A stretch of 64,000 nucleotides of DNA from assembly GCA_045606105.1 (NCBI GenBank), contig JAZURI010000002.1, positions 96,001-160,000 on the forward strand, in the 5' to 3' direction. This DNA comes from Spirochaetia bacterium (GTDB taxonomy: Bacteria > Spirochaetota > Spirochaetia > CADAEX01). Of the stretch, positions 46,893 to 56,727 are shown in pieces; within the stretch, counting starts at the first letter, position 1, and every line of letters begins with the position of its first letter. Made by a program: the position numbers and the translations under genes. The notes below the pieces were generated by a model, which worked only from the letters and a program-made list of their open reading frames with translations, was not told the DNA's origin and made no database searches.

Positions 46893-48107
46893 TTACTCTC
46901 TGTAAATTATTCCTTTAAGCTCTTCCATGAAGGACTTGTCCTGTCTTGCCGCACTGAGAAGCTTGGAAAGGGCTGTTTCTGCCATGCTTTCCATGGATGC
47001 TCCCTCTGCCTTGTATTCATCTGTCTGCAGCACATAGATAACCACACCGTTCCTGTCGGATATGTGGAATGCACCGCTGAGTGCAGTGCTGTAAACACCC
47101 TGGGCATTCAGCACTGTTTCTCCGGTATAGAGCTCCAGCTCGATGTTGAACTGCTCCTTTGTACCCGGTACCACCAGATTAAGCTCAGCCTCATCGCCGG
47201 TAATGAATTCACGGAACATGTCAGCCAGTCTGTCGGAATAGAGTTCTTCCTCCACCTTGATATCCGCAGTGACGGAAATACGCTCCACATGGAAATGAAG
47301 CGGAACCGAAGGAACATATTCCAGCCTTGAAAGCAGCTCCTTGTTTCCGATTCCAAGTCTTACGGTATAGATATGGTTTCCCAGAGTCTTTTTCTTTTCT
47401 GCGGCAAAGCTTCCGAAATAGATACCTTTTTCGTTTGTCTTTATAGTATCAAAAACCTCACCGTTTTCCTCAAGAATATCCAGGGAGATTACTCCGGGAT
47501 TGTCTCCTGTTCCGGGTCTGACCTCGGTGAAAAGATTAAATCCCTCGCCGTATTCGCATCTGGCATTGGCCGGAGAAATGGAAAGCTTTGCGTTGTCCAG
47601 GAGATTGTTCAGCCTTTCTGTTACAGTTGCTGTCTCCATGGAAAAATAGGATGAGGAGGAGGCAATATCGTAGGCATTGCACAGAACTCCCAGCTTATCG
47701 GCAAAAGTAAGGGCATCGTTATATTTTTCCAGTGTGGAATGGAGTCTCTCCTCTTCTGAAGACTGGTCCTCCACAAGGGCGGATTCGGCATCGGTCTTAA
47801 GAAGACGATATCTGATTGTATGGGTTCCCAGCATTGAGGATTTCTTGATATCGGTCTTTTCCAGACAGCGGGCTCTGAGAGTCTCTCCCACCTTTTCAAG
47901 CTGGAATTCTTCCTTTACCTGAAGAAACATCTCCTCCATGGCACCTGATTCAAGCTCTGCCAGCTCAGCCTTCTTTCCCTTGGCTTCAGCGACAAACCAT
48001 TCATCATCTCCGGAATCGGACTTGAACCATCCTGTAAGGGATTCACAGCCGGAAAACAGGAACAGAACTGCAATAATCAAATAAAATAATCGGAATTTGT
48101 TTCTCAT
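46893..48107 (-). CDS. Hypothetical lipoprotein
   Basis: MRNKFRLFYLIIAVLFLFSGC lipobox; start reassigned to ATG 48107. Confidence 0.7.
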   Translation of the reverse strand: MRNKFRLFYLIIAVLFLFSGCESLTGWFKSDSGDDEWFVAEAKGKKAELAELESGAMEEMFLQVKEEFQLEKVGETLRARCLEKTDIKKSSMLGTHTIRYRLLKTDAESALVEDQSSEEERLHSTLEKYNDALTFADKLGVLCNAYDIASSSSYFSMETATVTERLNNLLDNAKLSISPANARCEYGEGFNLFTEVRPGTGDNPGVISLDILEENGEVFDTIKTNEKGIYFGSFAAEKKKTLGNHIYTVRLGIGNKELLSRLEYVPSVPLHFHVERISVTADIKVEEELYSDRLADMFREFITGDEAELNLVVPGTKEQFNIELELYTGETVLNAQGVYSTALSGAFHISDRNGVVIYVLQTDEYKAEGASMESMAETALSKLLSAARQDKSFMEELKGIIYRE

Positions 48108-48124
48108 AAAATATAGAATAGGGG

Positions 48125-48153
48125 AAAAAAAACGGGCTGTCAAGAACAGCCCG
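48125..48153 (-). terminator. Intrinsic terminator of rpsU
   Basis: CGGGCTGT-TCTTG-ACAGCCCG followed by T8. Confidence 0.8.
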
Positions 48154-48174
48154 ATTATTGAAAAACAGATAAAA

Positions 48175-48384
48175 TCAGTAACTTTTTGTTGACTGCATCT
48201 TGCGATTTTTTTTCATCTGTTTTCTGAGAATTGCTTTTTTCTTGCGGGTATTGATTGTGGAAGGTTTCTCATAGTATTCTCTTTTCTTCCATTCTCTGAT
48301 AATGCCCTCTTTTTCTACCATTCTCTTGAAACGTTTAAGCGCTTTTTCCAAAGATTCGTTATCGTCTACTTTTACAAATGCCAT
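48175..48384 (-). CDS. rpsU: 30S ribosomal protein S21
   Basis: [21 protein letters not shown]. Confidence 0.96.
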   Translation of the reverse strand: MAFVKVDDNESLEKALKRFKRMVEKEGIIREWKKREYYEKPSTINTRKKKAILRKQMKKNRKMQSTKSY

Positions 48385-48462
48385 TGGAAATCACCCCCTT
48401 TGGTAAACCAGTCCGTAAATATGTTCAATATAATAAGCAAAACAGGAAATTTTGTCAATTCC

Positions 48463-50577
48463 TCAGACCCGTTCCATATCCTGAATTACCAGCTGAGGAG
48501 TAACCTTGTTCCTGAAAAAGTTGTTTTCTATCCTGAAAATGACATTTACCCTGTCACCTACCGAAAATTCCTTTACCCTGTCGGAGCTGTTCCAGAAGAT
48601 TGCAGGCCAGAGATTCTTTCCCGAATCCAATGTGAATTTCAGATGTCCCGATTCCTTCTGCCCCACTATATCCATTACCTTGATTACCAGCTTCTTGGCC
48701 AGGAAAAACAGGGGTGGATTGCTTTCTCCGTAAGGAACCAGCTTTTCGGCCACATCCAGGATTGCCTCTGTCAGATATCCCTCCGGCAGCTCTGCATCAA
48801 TCTCTATGGCAGGCTTGTCCGGAATCTCGATTCCCTCCTCTTCGGTAAACTTCAGAAGATGCTTTCTGAAGGAATCGATATCATCGGCCTTCAGGGAAAA
48901 GCCCCCTGCAAAATCGTGTCCGCCGTAATCGATGAAAAAATCGCGGCAGTAATCCAGAAGAGGCATGATGGAATAGTTTCTTACGCTTCTGACCGATCCC
49001 ACAGCCTTGTCGTCCATTATGGAATAAATAATGGAAGGAACATTGTAATAATTGGAAAAACGGGCGGCAAGAATACCGGTAATACCTCTCGGAACCCCTT
49101 TTCCCCCGGTACAGAGAAGGGAGCTTGAATAGCTTTCCATGCTCTCCTTTGCACTGTGATGAAGCTTGTCCCAATACTCCTCTCCCAGCTTTTTCCGCTG
49201 CTTGTTAAGGGAAAGTATCTCATCGGCCAGCAGCTTTACCTCTGCTATATCCCTGCTGAGGAACAGCCTTACCGCCTTGGATGGAACACCCATGCGTCCC
49301 GATGCATTTATGACCGGGGAAACATACCAGGCTATATCGGCGGTGGTTATGGTCCTGTCAATGAGCTTCTGTCTGACCAAAAGCTCGTGGAGCCCCGGAA
49401 TATCGGAAGAAATCATGTTCCTGAGACCCTTTCTGACCATAATACGGTTTTCATCCTTCAGCGGCATGAGATCGGCAACGGAGCCGAGAGCCACCAGCGG
49501 GAGAATCTTTTCATATTCGGAAGAAAGGTTCTGGTATCTTGAATAAAAAACAGATCTGAAAAGAGAGACAAAGATATCAATTTCCGAGGTTTCTCCCGAT
49601 TTGTACCTGCTGTCCAGACTCATTTCACGCATTCTGAGAAGTCCCATTCCCTGAAGCTGAGGATAAAGCTTATAGACCTCTGAAGCAAAATCCAGGGTCT
49701 GCAGCTCGGTGTTCGGAAAAATCTCGCTGAAAACTGCTTTCTGCTCCCTGGCACCGAAGGTATATATATAGGAGCCGGTCAGGAAGTTCATGAGCCTGGT
49801 GGATTCAGGCCCTTTGAGAATGTCGGGAACTATCACTTCCCTTACCCTGGCCACCTCTGCAAGATTGCACAGCTTTACAGCCTCGAAAATATATGTTCCC
49901 CTGACTCCCTGTCTTATATGAAGAAGGGTCACGCTCTGCTTGTAGTACCCTGTGGCGGCAAATTCCAGAGCCCATATAACCTTGGAGACAACTCCGCAGC
50001 CGGCAAGATCCCTGAAAGGATAACCGCAGTCCGGTACCTTTGGATTTATTATGGCGGCACACTCCGGAAGCTCCTCAGGTGCGGTATGATGGTCCAGAAC
50101 CACGGTATCGATACCGAGACCTGCTCCATAGGCTATCTCCTCCTTGTTTGAAATACCGCAGTCCACTGTTATGATAAGGGTTACATCCATAGATGCGGCA
50201 TAATCCACAGCCTCTTTTGTAAGGCCGTAAGGTTCATCCCCCTCAGGAACCTTCCACAGGGTTTCGATACCCATGGAGCTGAGTTTCTGTGTAATGAGAA
50301 CAGTAGAGGTTATTCCGTCGGCATCCCTGTCGCCGAAAACCATAACTTTCTCCCCCTCGGCAGCTGCATCCAGGATTCTGTCCACAGCATCCTCCATCTG
50401 ACTGAAACAGAAAGGATTGTGAAGATACCTGGTTTCATCCTGCAGGAAGAATTTGATATCCTCGGGTCTGGTTATTTCCCTTCTGACAAGGATAGAAGCA
50501 AGCAGCAGGGAGATATGGTATTTCTCGGCAAGCTCCTTTACATCCTGTGTGTCAATAAATTTCTTGTTATATTTCAT
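48463..50577 (-). CDS. recJ: ssDNA exonuclease RecJ with an internal insertion
   Basis: GDRDADGITS, YGL, TVDCGIS, DHH, LAGCGV, INASGRM, GSVRS, GGHDFAGG. Confidence 0.93.
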   Translation of the reverse strand: MKYNKKFIDTQDVKELAEKYHISLLLASILVRREITRPEDIKFFLQDETRYLHNPFCFSQMEDAVDRILDAAAEGEKVMVFGDRDADGITSTVLITQKLSSMGIETLWKVPEGDEPYGLTKEAVDYAASMDVTLIITVDCGISNKEEIAYGAGLGIDTVVLDHHTAPEELPECAAIINPKVPDCGYPFRDLAGCGVVSKVIWALEFAATGYYKQSVTLLHIRQGVRGTYIFEAVKLCNLAEVARVREVIVPDILKGPESTRLMNFLTGSYIYTFGAREQKAVFSEIFPNTELQTLDFASEVYKLYPQLQGMGLLRMREMSLDSRYKSGETSEIDIFVSLFRSVFYSRYQNLSSEYEKILPLVALGSVADLMPLKDENRIMVRKGLRNMISSDIPGLHELLVRQKLIDRTITTADIAWYVSPVINASGRMGVPSKAVRLFLSRDIAEVKLLADEILSLNKQRKKLGEEYWDKLHHSAKESMESYSSSLLCTGGKGVPRGITGILAARFSNYYNVPSIIYSIMDDKAVGSVRSVRNYSIMPLLDYCRDFFIDYGGHDFAGGFSLKADDIDSFRKHLLKFTEEEGIEIPDKPAIEIDAELPEGYLTEAILDVAEKLVPYGESNPPLFFLAKKLVIKVMDIVGQKESGHLKFTLDSGKNLWPAIFWNSSDRVKEFSVGDRVNVIFRIENNFFRNKVTPQLVIQDMERV

Positions 50578-51262
50578 CAGTTTCCTTTATTACGTCCATA
50601 ACTCCGGCAAGGGTATTGAGGCTGCATTCAAGAAGAGTCTGCAATACACCTGTAAGCCTTCCGTGAAGCAGAAGCCTGTCGCTCCGTCCCAGAGAGACCC
50701 TGAGGGCCTGGGAAAAATCAACGGAAGAGGTATATTCAATGTATTTTGAAATACCGGGATTTTCTTTGAATGATAACATATCGGAATGCTCTTGTTCAAG
50801 TTCGGGAACCAGTCCCAGAAGATAAATTATCCTTATCATGAACTGTATATTTATGTAGATTATTTTTTCTTCAGGCCCCTTTTCCAGGAGTTCCATCGAG
50901 GTATGGAGAAGCCGGTAAAGCTCCCGGGAGCCTTCGCCTCCGCCATGGGACCTGATTACGGTCTCGAACCAGAAAAGGACCACATAATAGCGTCCCAGGT
51001 CGCTTTTCAGGCCGGTAAACCAGTCGATCGGGGTAAAGTCCTCAATTCTGGGTATCTTGTATCTGGGATTGTTATAAAGAAGAAAAATTCCGGAGGTTAC
51101 AGGCGAAACAAGGGGGCCTATCCTGCTTTTTCCCTTGTAGCCTCCGAAAGCGGTGAAATCAATTATACCGTTATCCGGGGTAAAGACCCTGACCCCTTTG
51201 TGGTACTCCCCGATACGGTAATTTTTAAGTATGATTCCCTCTTGCCTTGTATAACGGTCCAT
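50567..51262 (-). CDS. recO: DNA repair protein RecO
   Basis: N-terminal OB fold 'EGIILKNYRIGEYHKGVRVFTPDNG...AFGG'; adjacent to recJ. Confidence 0.75.
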   Translation of the reverse strand: MDRYTRQEGIILKNYRIGEYHKGVRVFTPDNGIIDFTAFGGYKGKSRIGPLVSPVTSGIFLLYNNPRYKIPRIEDFTPIDWFTGLKSDLGRYYVVLFWFETVIRSHGGGEGSRELYRLLHTSMELLEKGPEEKIIYINIQFMIRIIYLLGLVPELEQEHSDMLSFKENPGISKYIEYTSSVDFSQALRVSLGRSDRLLLHGRLTGVLQTLLECSLNTLAGVMDVIKETDEI

Positions 51263-51284
51263 TACCGTTATTTTAACTTATGAG

Positions 51285-51701
51285 TTATTTTTTAACAATA
51301 GCAAAAGAGAACTCACAGGTAACACAGATCTTTCCGTTCACTGTCCCTTTGCCGGAAGCGAAGTAGAAAGGTCCCTTGGAACCCTTGATTTCACACTCAG
51401 TTTCAAAAAGATCTCCGGGAAGGACGGGGTTTCGGAACTTGACCTTATCAAGTCCTGTAAAAAAAGGGAGACTATTATCCGTACATTTCCCGGAGAGCAA
51501 TACACATGTGGACTGTGCCAGGATTTCACACAATACAACGCCGGGAACTACCGGATTTCCGGGAAAATGTCCCTTGAGAAACCATTCGTCTCCCCGAACC
51601 TTGTACTTGCCTCTGGCAATACCGTCTGTGACCACAGCTTCATCAACAAGAAGCATGTTGTCACGATGAGGTATGATTTTTTCGATTTCTTCCCTGGTCA
51701 T
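51285..51701 (-). CDS. fabZ: 3-hydroxyacyl-ACP dehydratase
   Basis: IPHRDNMLLVD, GHFPGNPVVPGV..CE..AQ, KFRNPVLPGD. Confidence 0.93.
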   Translation of the reverse strand: MTREEIEKIIPHRDNMLLVDEAVVTDGIARGKYKVRGDEWFLKGHFPGNPVVPGVVLCEILAQSTCVLLSGKCTDNSLPFFTGLDKVKFRNPVLPGDLFETECEIKGSKGPFYFASGKGTVNGKICVTCEFSFAIVKK

Positions 51702-51702
51702 A

Positions 51703-52935
51703 TCATTCCTCCGCCTTTGTGAAGGCTATACAGGCGTTATGACCGCCGAAACCGAGGGAAATTGACATTGCGAGACCGATATCGGCCCTGCGTGCAACCC
51801 CTGCGACATAATCAAGGTCACATTCCGGATCAGGCTCGCAGAGACCCAGTGTAGGAGGAACGATACCATCCCTCAGAGCCTGGATTGCAACGATAGCCTC
51901 AACAGCTCCTGCCGCTCCCAGCATGTGGCCGGTCATGGATTTTGTGGAGCTGACAAGCACCCTTCCCACATTTTCACCGAAAGCCTTGTGGATAGCCACA
52001 GTTTCAGCCTTGTCGTTAAGCTGTGTACTTGTTCCGTGGGCATTGATGTAGATTTTTTCTTCATCTTCCCTGCCCGCTTCCCTGATTGCATCGATTATGG
52101 CCCTGGAAGCACCTACCGCATCCGGGTGTGGTGCAGTGATGTGATAAGCATCGCAGGTGGAACCGTAGCCTTTGAGCTCGGCATAGATTTTGGCTCCCCT
52201 GGCCTTTGCATGCTCATATTCTTCCAGAACAATAGCTCCAGAACCTTCTCCGATTACGAAACCGCTCCTGCGCTTGTCAAACGGAATGGATGCCGTATCA
52301 GGATCTTCACTGGTGGTAAGAGCCATGCAGTTTGTGAATCCCGCTACCCCGATAGGTGTGATTGCTGCTTCAGCACCTCCCGTGATAATAGCATCGGCAT
52401 ATCCGTATTTTATAGCCCGGAATGATTCCCCGATAGCACTGGTTCCTGTTGCACAGGCAGTGGTAACCGGAATACAAGGTCCCTGAGCATTAAATCTTAT
52501 TGCAATATTTCCTGCAGCCATGTTAGCAATCATCATCGGAATGAAAAGGGGTGAAACACGCCTTGGTCCCTTTTCGTTGAGCTTCCAGATTTCTTCTGAA
52601 ATGGTTACAAGCCCTCCGATTCCTGAGCCATAGTAAACACCCAGTCTTTCCGGTGCCACGTTTCCGATGATATCACTGTCGGAAACTGCCTGAACTGCAG
52701 AAGCAACGGCATACTGTGTAAAAAGGTCGCTTTTTCTGATCTCGCTCTTTTCCATGTAAAGAGTCGGATCAAAATCCTTTACCTCAGCTGCCAGCTTTAC
52801 TTTAAAATCGGTTGTATCAAACCTGGTTAATTTTCCAATACCGTTTTTACCGGACACAAGTGAATCCCAGAAGGATTTCACATCGTTTCCGATCGGGGTT
52901 ATGGTCCCCATTCCAGTAACAACGACTCTGCGCAT
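51703..52935 (-). CDS. fabF: Beta-ketoacyl-ACP synthase II
   Basis: RRVVVTGMG, TACATG, NAHGTST, KSMTGHMLGAAG, GFGGHN. Confidence 0.96.
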   Translation of the reverse strand: MRRVVVTGMGTITPIGNDVKSFWDSLVSGKNGIGKLTRFDTTDFKVKLAAEVKDFDPTLYMEKSEIRKSDLFTQYAVASAVQAVSDSDIIGNVAPERLGVYYGSGIGGLVTISEEIWKLNEKGPRRVSPLFIPMMIANMAAGNIAIRFNAQGPCIPVTTACATGTSAIGESFRAIKYGYADAIITGGAEAAITPIGVAGFTNCMALTTSEDPDTASIPFDKRRSGFVIGEGSGAIVLEEYEHAKARGAKIYAELKGYGSTCDAYHITAPHPDAVGASRAIIDAIREAGREDEEKIYINAHGTSTQLNDKAETVAIHKAFGENVGRVLVSSTKSMTGHMLGAAGAVEAIVAIQALRDGIVPPTLGLCEPDPECDLDYVAGVARRADIGLAMSISLGFGGHNACIAFTKAEE

Positions 52936-52943
52936 TATTTACC

Positions 52944-53678
52944 TCACATTGCCAGTCCGCCGTCAACGCGGATGACCTCTCCTGTCACATAATCGGACAT
53001 GGAGCTTGCAAGAAAAAGTACTGTATCTGCCACGTTTGCCGTGGTTCCGGCCCTTTTTGCAGGCACGGAAGCCACAAGGTTCTCCCTACCCGGAAGATTT
53101 TCTGTCATTTCAGTATCAATGATTCCGGGAGCTACCGCATTACAGCAGATTCCCTTGGCGGCCAGTTCTCTGGCTATAGTTTTTGTAAGCCCTATTATTC
53201 CCGCCTTTGAGGCTGAGTAGTTTGCCTGTCCTGCGTTTCCGAAAAGACCGGCAACAGAGCTGATATTGATAATTTTTCCTCCCCGTTTCCTGAGAAAGAG
53301 AGGACTGATGTGCTTTATCATGTTGAAGGTACCCTTCAGGTTGATATTCATTACAGCATCCCAGTTATCCTCAGACATGGAGAAAATAAGAGAATCCCTG
53401 GTAATACCGGCATTGTTCACAAGAATATCGATAGTACCGAAATCGGCTACGATTCTTGAAACAGTTTCCTTCACTGCGGCAAAATCAGCCACATCACACC
53501 GGTAAATTTCTGCCTTTACACCAAACTCTGCAGCCTTGGTACGAACCTCAGTGGCCTTTTCAGTGTTTCCGGCATAAATAATTGCCACATCCGCACCCTG
53601 TTCAGCCATTTTAAGGGCAATAGCAGCACCGATTCCTCTGGAACCGCCTGTTATTACGGCAGTTTTGGTCTTAAGCAT
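52944..53678 (-). CDS. fabG: 3-oxoacyl-ACP reductase
   Basis: TGGSRGIG, NNAGITRD, GQANYSASK. Confidence 0.95.
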   Translation of the reverse strand: MLKTKTAVITGGSRGIGAAIALKMAEQGADVAIIYAGNTEKATEVRTKAAEFGVKAEIYRCDVADFAAVKETVSRIVADFGTIDILVNNAGITRDSLIFSMSEDNWDAVMNINLKGTFNMIKHISPLFLRKRGGKIINISSVAGLFGNAGQANYSASKAGIIGLTKTIARELAAKGICCNAVAPGIIDTEMTENLPGRENLVASVPAKRAGTTANVADTVLFLASSMSDYVTGEVIRVDGGLAM

Positions 53679-54591
53679 TCACAAGCTCCTCAACAGTTTT
53701 ATTCAAAGATATTTCATCTTCTACATTGAAAACTTTTACATTTTCATTAATTTTCAAAATAAAGTTTGATAAAATTTTACCCGGACCGCATTCAATGAAT
53801 GTGTCAAATCCGTCTGCAATCATATTTTCGACAATCTTCTGCCATCTGACAGGATTGACAATCTGCTTTTCAAGAAGCTCTCCGGCTCCTGACGCCTCAT
53901 AAGGTACGGCAGTATAGTTTGAATACACCGGAACAGAACCTTCAACAAAGCTGCATTCCGCAAGATCGGAAGCAAACCCGGAAGCAGCCTCCTCCATGAA
54001 CGGCGAATGAAAGCCTCCGCTTACCGGAAGCTGGAGATATCTTCCCTTTGCCCCCTTTACATCTGCCTTAAGCTGCTCCATTTCAGATGCGGAACCTGAA
54101 ACCACCAGCTGTCCGGGACAGTTGTAATTGACAGGATAAACCTGTTCATATTTACTGCAGAGGTTTTCCACAGTTTCATTGTCAAGCTTGAGAACTGCAG
54201 CCATGACACTCTCTGCCCCTTCGGCAGCACGGTTCATGTGTCCGGCCCTGGCACATACCAGTCTGAAGCCATCTTCGCGGCTGATCATTCCTGCAAAGGT
54301 TACGGCAGCCAGCTCACCGAGAGAGAAGCCTGCAGCACCATCTGCCCTGATTCCTTTTTCTTCCAGCGCAAGGGCAGCCGCAAGATCCACGCAGTAAACG
54401 CAGGGCTGGGTATTTTCTGTTTTTGCAAGAAGCTCTCCGTCCCCGGCAAAGCACTGTTCAGATGTTCCGGGACGTATGCCGTCGGCTGCGGCAAAAAACT
54501 CAGAAGCAGCTTTACTGCAGCTGCAGAGTTCCTTTCCCATACCGGTATACTGAGCACCCTGACCCGAAAAAACAAATGCTATTTTACCCAT
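53671..54591 (-). CDS. fabD: Malonyl-CoA:ACP transacylase
   Basis: FSGQGAQ, GFSLGE, NYNCPGQ, VSGGFHS. Confidence 0.95.
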   Translation of the reverse strand: MGKIAFVFSGQGAQYTGMGKELCSCSKAASEFFAAADGIRPGTSEQCFAGDGELLAKTENTQPCVYCVDLAAALALEEKGIRADGAAGFSLGELAAVTFAGMISREDGFRLVCARAGHMNRAAEGAESVMAAVLKLDNETVENLCSKYEQVYPVNYNCPGQLVVSGSASEMEQLKADVKGAKGRYLQLPVSGGFHSPFMEEAASGFASDLAECSFVEGSVPVYSNYTAVPYEASGAGELLEKQIVNPVRWQKIVENMIADGFDTFIECGPGKILSNFILKINENVKVFNVEDEISLNKTVEELVNA

Positions 54592-55526
54592 TTGGATGCT
54601 CCCAGAAGTGCTTTTTCTGTTTCTGAAACAAGTTCATTTATAATTTCGGCAGAGGTCTGCTCTTTTCTGACCATACCTGAAATCTGCCCTGCAATGAAGC
54701 AGCCCTTTTCCTCGTCACCGTCTACTGCAGCAAACCTGAGGGCTCCTACAGCCTTTGCTTCCAGCTCTTCATTTGAAATGGATGAATCATATTCCATCTT
54801 GAAATATTTTCTTGAGAAGGAGGATTTGAGGCTTCTTACCGGATGCCCCAGTCTTCTTCCCGTAACAATGGTATCTATATCGCTGGCCTTGAGAACACGG
54901 TCCTTGTAGTTCTGATGAATATTACATTCCTTTGCCACAAGAAATCTTGTTCCCAGCTGAACACCCTGGGCACCAAGCATGAGAGCGGCGGCAATACCTC
55001 TGCCGTCACCTATTCCTCCGGCGGCAATAACAGGAATATCTACTGCGTCACATACCTGAGGAACCAGAGCCATGGTATTCATTTCTCCGACATGGCCTCC
55101 CGATTCTCCCCCTTCTGCTACAACTGCTGTTGCACCTGAACGGGCCACCATCCTTGCGATAGCCACGGAAGGAATTACCGGAATAACCTTGATTCCCGCT
55201 TCTTTCCACATTCCCATGAATCTGAGGGGGTTTCCTGCACCGGTTGTAACTACCGGAACCTTTTCATCGGCAAGAACCTTTGCCACACCCTCCACATGAG
55301 GACTCATAAGCATTACATTCACACCGAAAGGCTTGTCTGTAAGGCTTCTGGCAATACGGATCTGTTCACGGAGATAGGATTCTTCCGCATTCATGGCGGA
55401 AATAATACCGAGTCCGCCGGCTTCGGAAACAGCTGCCGCCAGCTTACCGTCTGCAATCCAGGCCATTCCACCCTGAAGAATCGGGTATTCGATACCTAAA
55501 ATTGAACAGATATCGGTCTTAAGCAT
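54579..55526 (-). CDS. fabK: Enoyl-ACP reductase II
   Basis: QGGMAW, EGGESGGH, AAGGIGDG, GTRF, AGQISG; start reassigned to ATG 55526. Confidence 0.93.
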   Translation of the reverse strand: MLKTDICSILGIEYPILQGGMAWIADGKLAAAVSEAGGLGIISAMNAEESYLREQIRIARSLTDKPFGVNVMLMSPHVEGVAKVLADEKVPVVTTGAGNPLRFMGMWKEAGIKVIPVIPSVAIARMVARSGATAVVAEGGESGGHVGEMNTMALVPQVCDAVDIPVIAAGGIGDGRGIAAALMLGAQGVQLGTRFLVAKECNIHQNYKDRVLKASDIDTIVTGRRLGHPVRSLKSSFSRKYFKMEYDSSISNEELEAKAVGALRFAAVDGDEEKGCFIAGQISGMVRKEQTSAEIINELVSETEKALLGASKWVK

Positions 55527-55755
55527 CAGTCTTCTCCTTAAGTCTCTTTTCAATGAAAGCAACAAGGTCACCTACTGTTGTAACCTTTTCATCGAATTCA
55601 AGCTCTACTCCGAGCTGATCCTCAAGATCCATAATCATTTCCACTGTATCCAGGGAATCGATTCCGAGATCAAGGAATGTTGTTTCCATTTTAACTGATG
55701 CCTCATCACAATCTGTGTGTTCCACAATCAACGCTCTAAGTTTTTCAAAAATCAT
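55519..55755 (-). CDS. acpP: Acyl carrier protein
   Basis: DLGIDSLD phosphopantetheine site; acidic, 78 aa. Confidence 0.95.
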   Translation of the reverse strand: MIFEKLRALIVEHTDCDEASVKMETTFLDLGIDSLDTVEMIMDLEDQLGVELEFDEKVTTVGDLVAFIEKRLKEKTDA

Positions 55756-55773
55756 AATTTCCCTCCTGTCAGA

Positions 55774-56727
55774 TTACCATCTGATAATACAGGCTGCACT
55801 TGAAAGTCCGCCGCCGAAGGCGCACATAGCGACATTGTCGCCTCTTTTCAGGTTACCTGTTGAATTTAACTGATCAAGCATCATAGGAATGCTTGCTGAA
55901 GATGTATTACCGAATTTATTGATATTCATAAGGAATCTCTCCTGTGGAATATCAAGCTTTTTCTTTGCAAAATCAATGATTCTGCTGTTTGCCTGGTGAG
56001 GTACCACCCAATCTATATCGGAAACCGGTATTCTGGCCTGTCCTGCCACATCCTGAATGTCACGGCACATGGATTTTACGGCAAACTTGAAGGTCTCCTG
56101 ACCGTTCATCATTATGTAAGGAGCTTCCTTTACCCCTTTGTAGAACGGAGAATCTCCTGCATAGTTCGGAATCCTTATTATTTCATCATTTCCGGAAGCG
56201 GTAAGCCTGGATGCAAGATAATTGTCCCCTTCCTCAAGGAGAACGGCACCGGCACCGTCGCCGAAGATAACGGCTGTACTGCGGTCATTCCAGTCAATGA
56301 TTCCGGATATTCTTTCAGCACCGATAACCAGCATCTTCCTTACCTTCCTGCGGGCAAAGAAACCGGCTGCCGTATCAAGGGCATAGATAAAGGAGCTGCA
56401 TGCACAGTTCACATCAAGACAGGGACAGGATGCCCCCAGCTTTTTCTGCACCATACAGGCCAGGTTCGGGGATTTGTGCTCGGCAGTAATTGTGGCACAG
56501 ATAATCATGTCGATTTCTCCGGGAGCCGTATTTCCGGACTCAAGAGCCCTGAGCGATGCCTGATATGCCATATCCGAAGTGGTTTCGTCTGTACTTATAT
56601 GACGTTCCTTGATTCCCACGCGCTGGGTAATCCATTCGTCATTTGTATCCATGATTTCCGACAATGCAAAATTATCAATCGTGTTTTCAGGAACATAGCT
56701 TCCTGTAGATACTATTCTGAAGCTCAT
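55774..56727 (-). CDS. fabH: Beta-ketoacyl-ACP synthase III
   Basis: CACSSF, FGDGAGA, PHQAN, GNTSSAS, FGGGL. Confidence 0.95.
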   Translation of the reverse strand: MSFRIVSTGSYVPENTIDNFALSEIMDTNDEWITQRVGIKERHISTDETTSDMAYQASLRALESGNTAPGEIDMIICATITAEHKSPNLACMVQKKLGASCPCLDVNCACSSFIYALDTAAGFFARRKVRKMLVIGAERISGIIDWNDRSTAVIFGDGAGAVLLEEGDNYLASRLTASGNDEIIRIPNYAGDSPFYKGVKEAPYIMMNGQETFKFAVKSMCRDIQDVAGQARIPVSDIDWVVPHQANSRIIDFAKKKLDIPQERFLMNINKFGNTSSASIPMMLDQLNSTGNLKRGDNVAMCAFGGGLSSAACIIRW

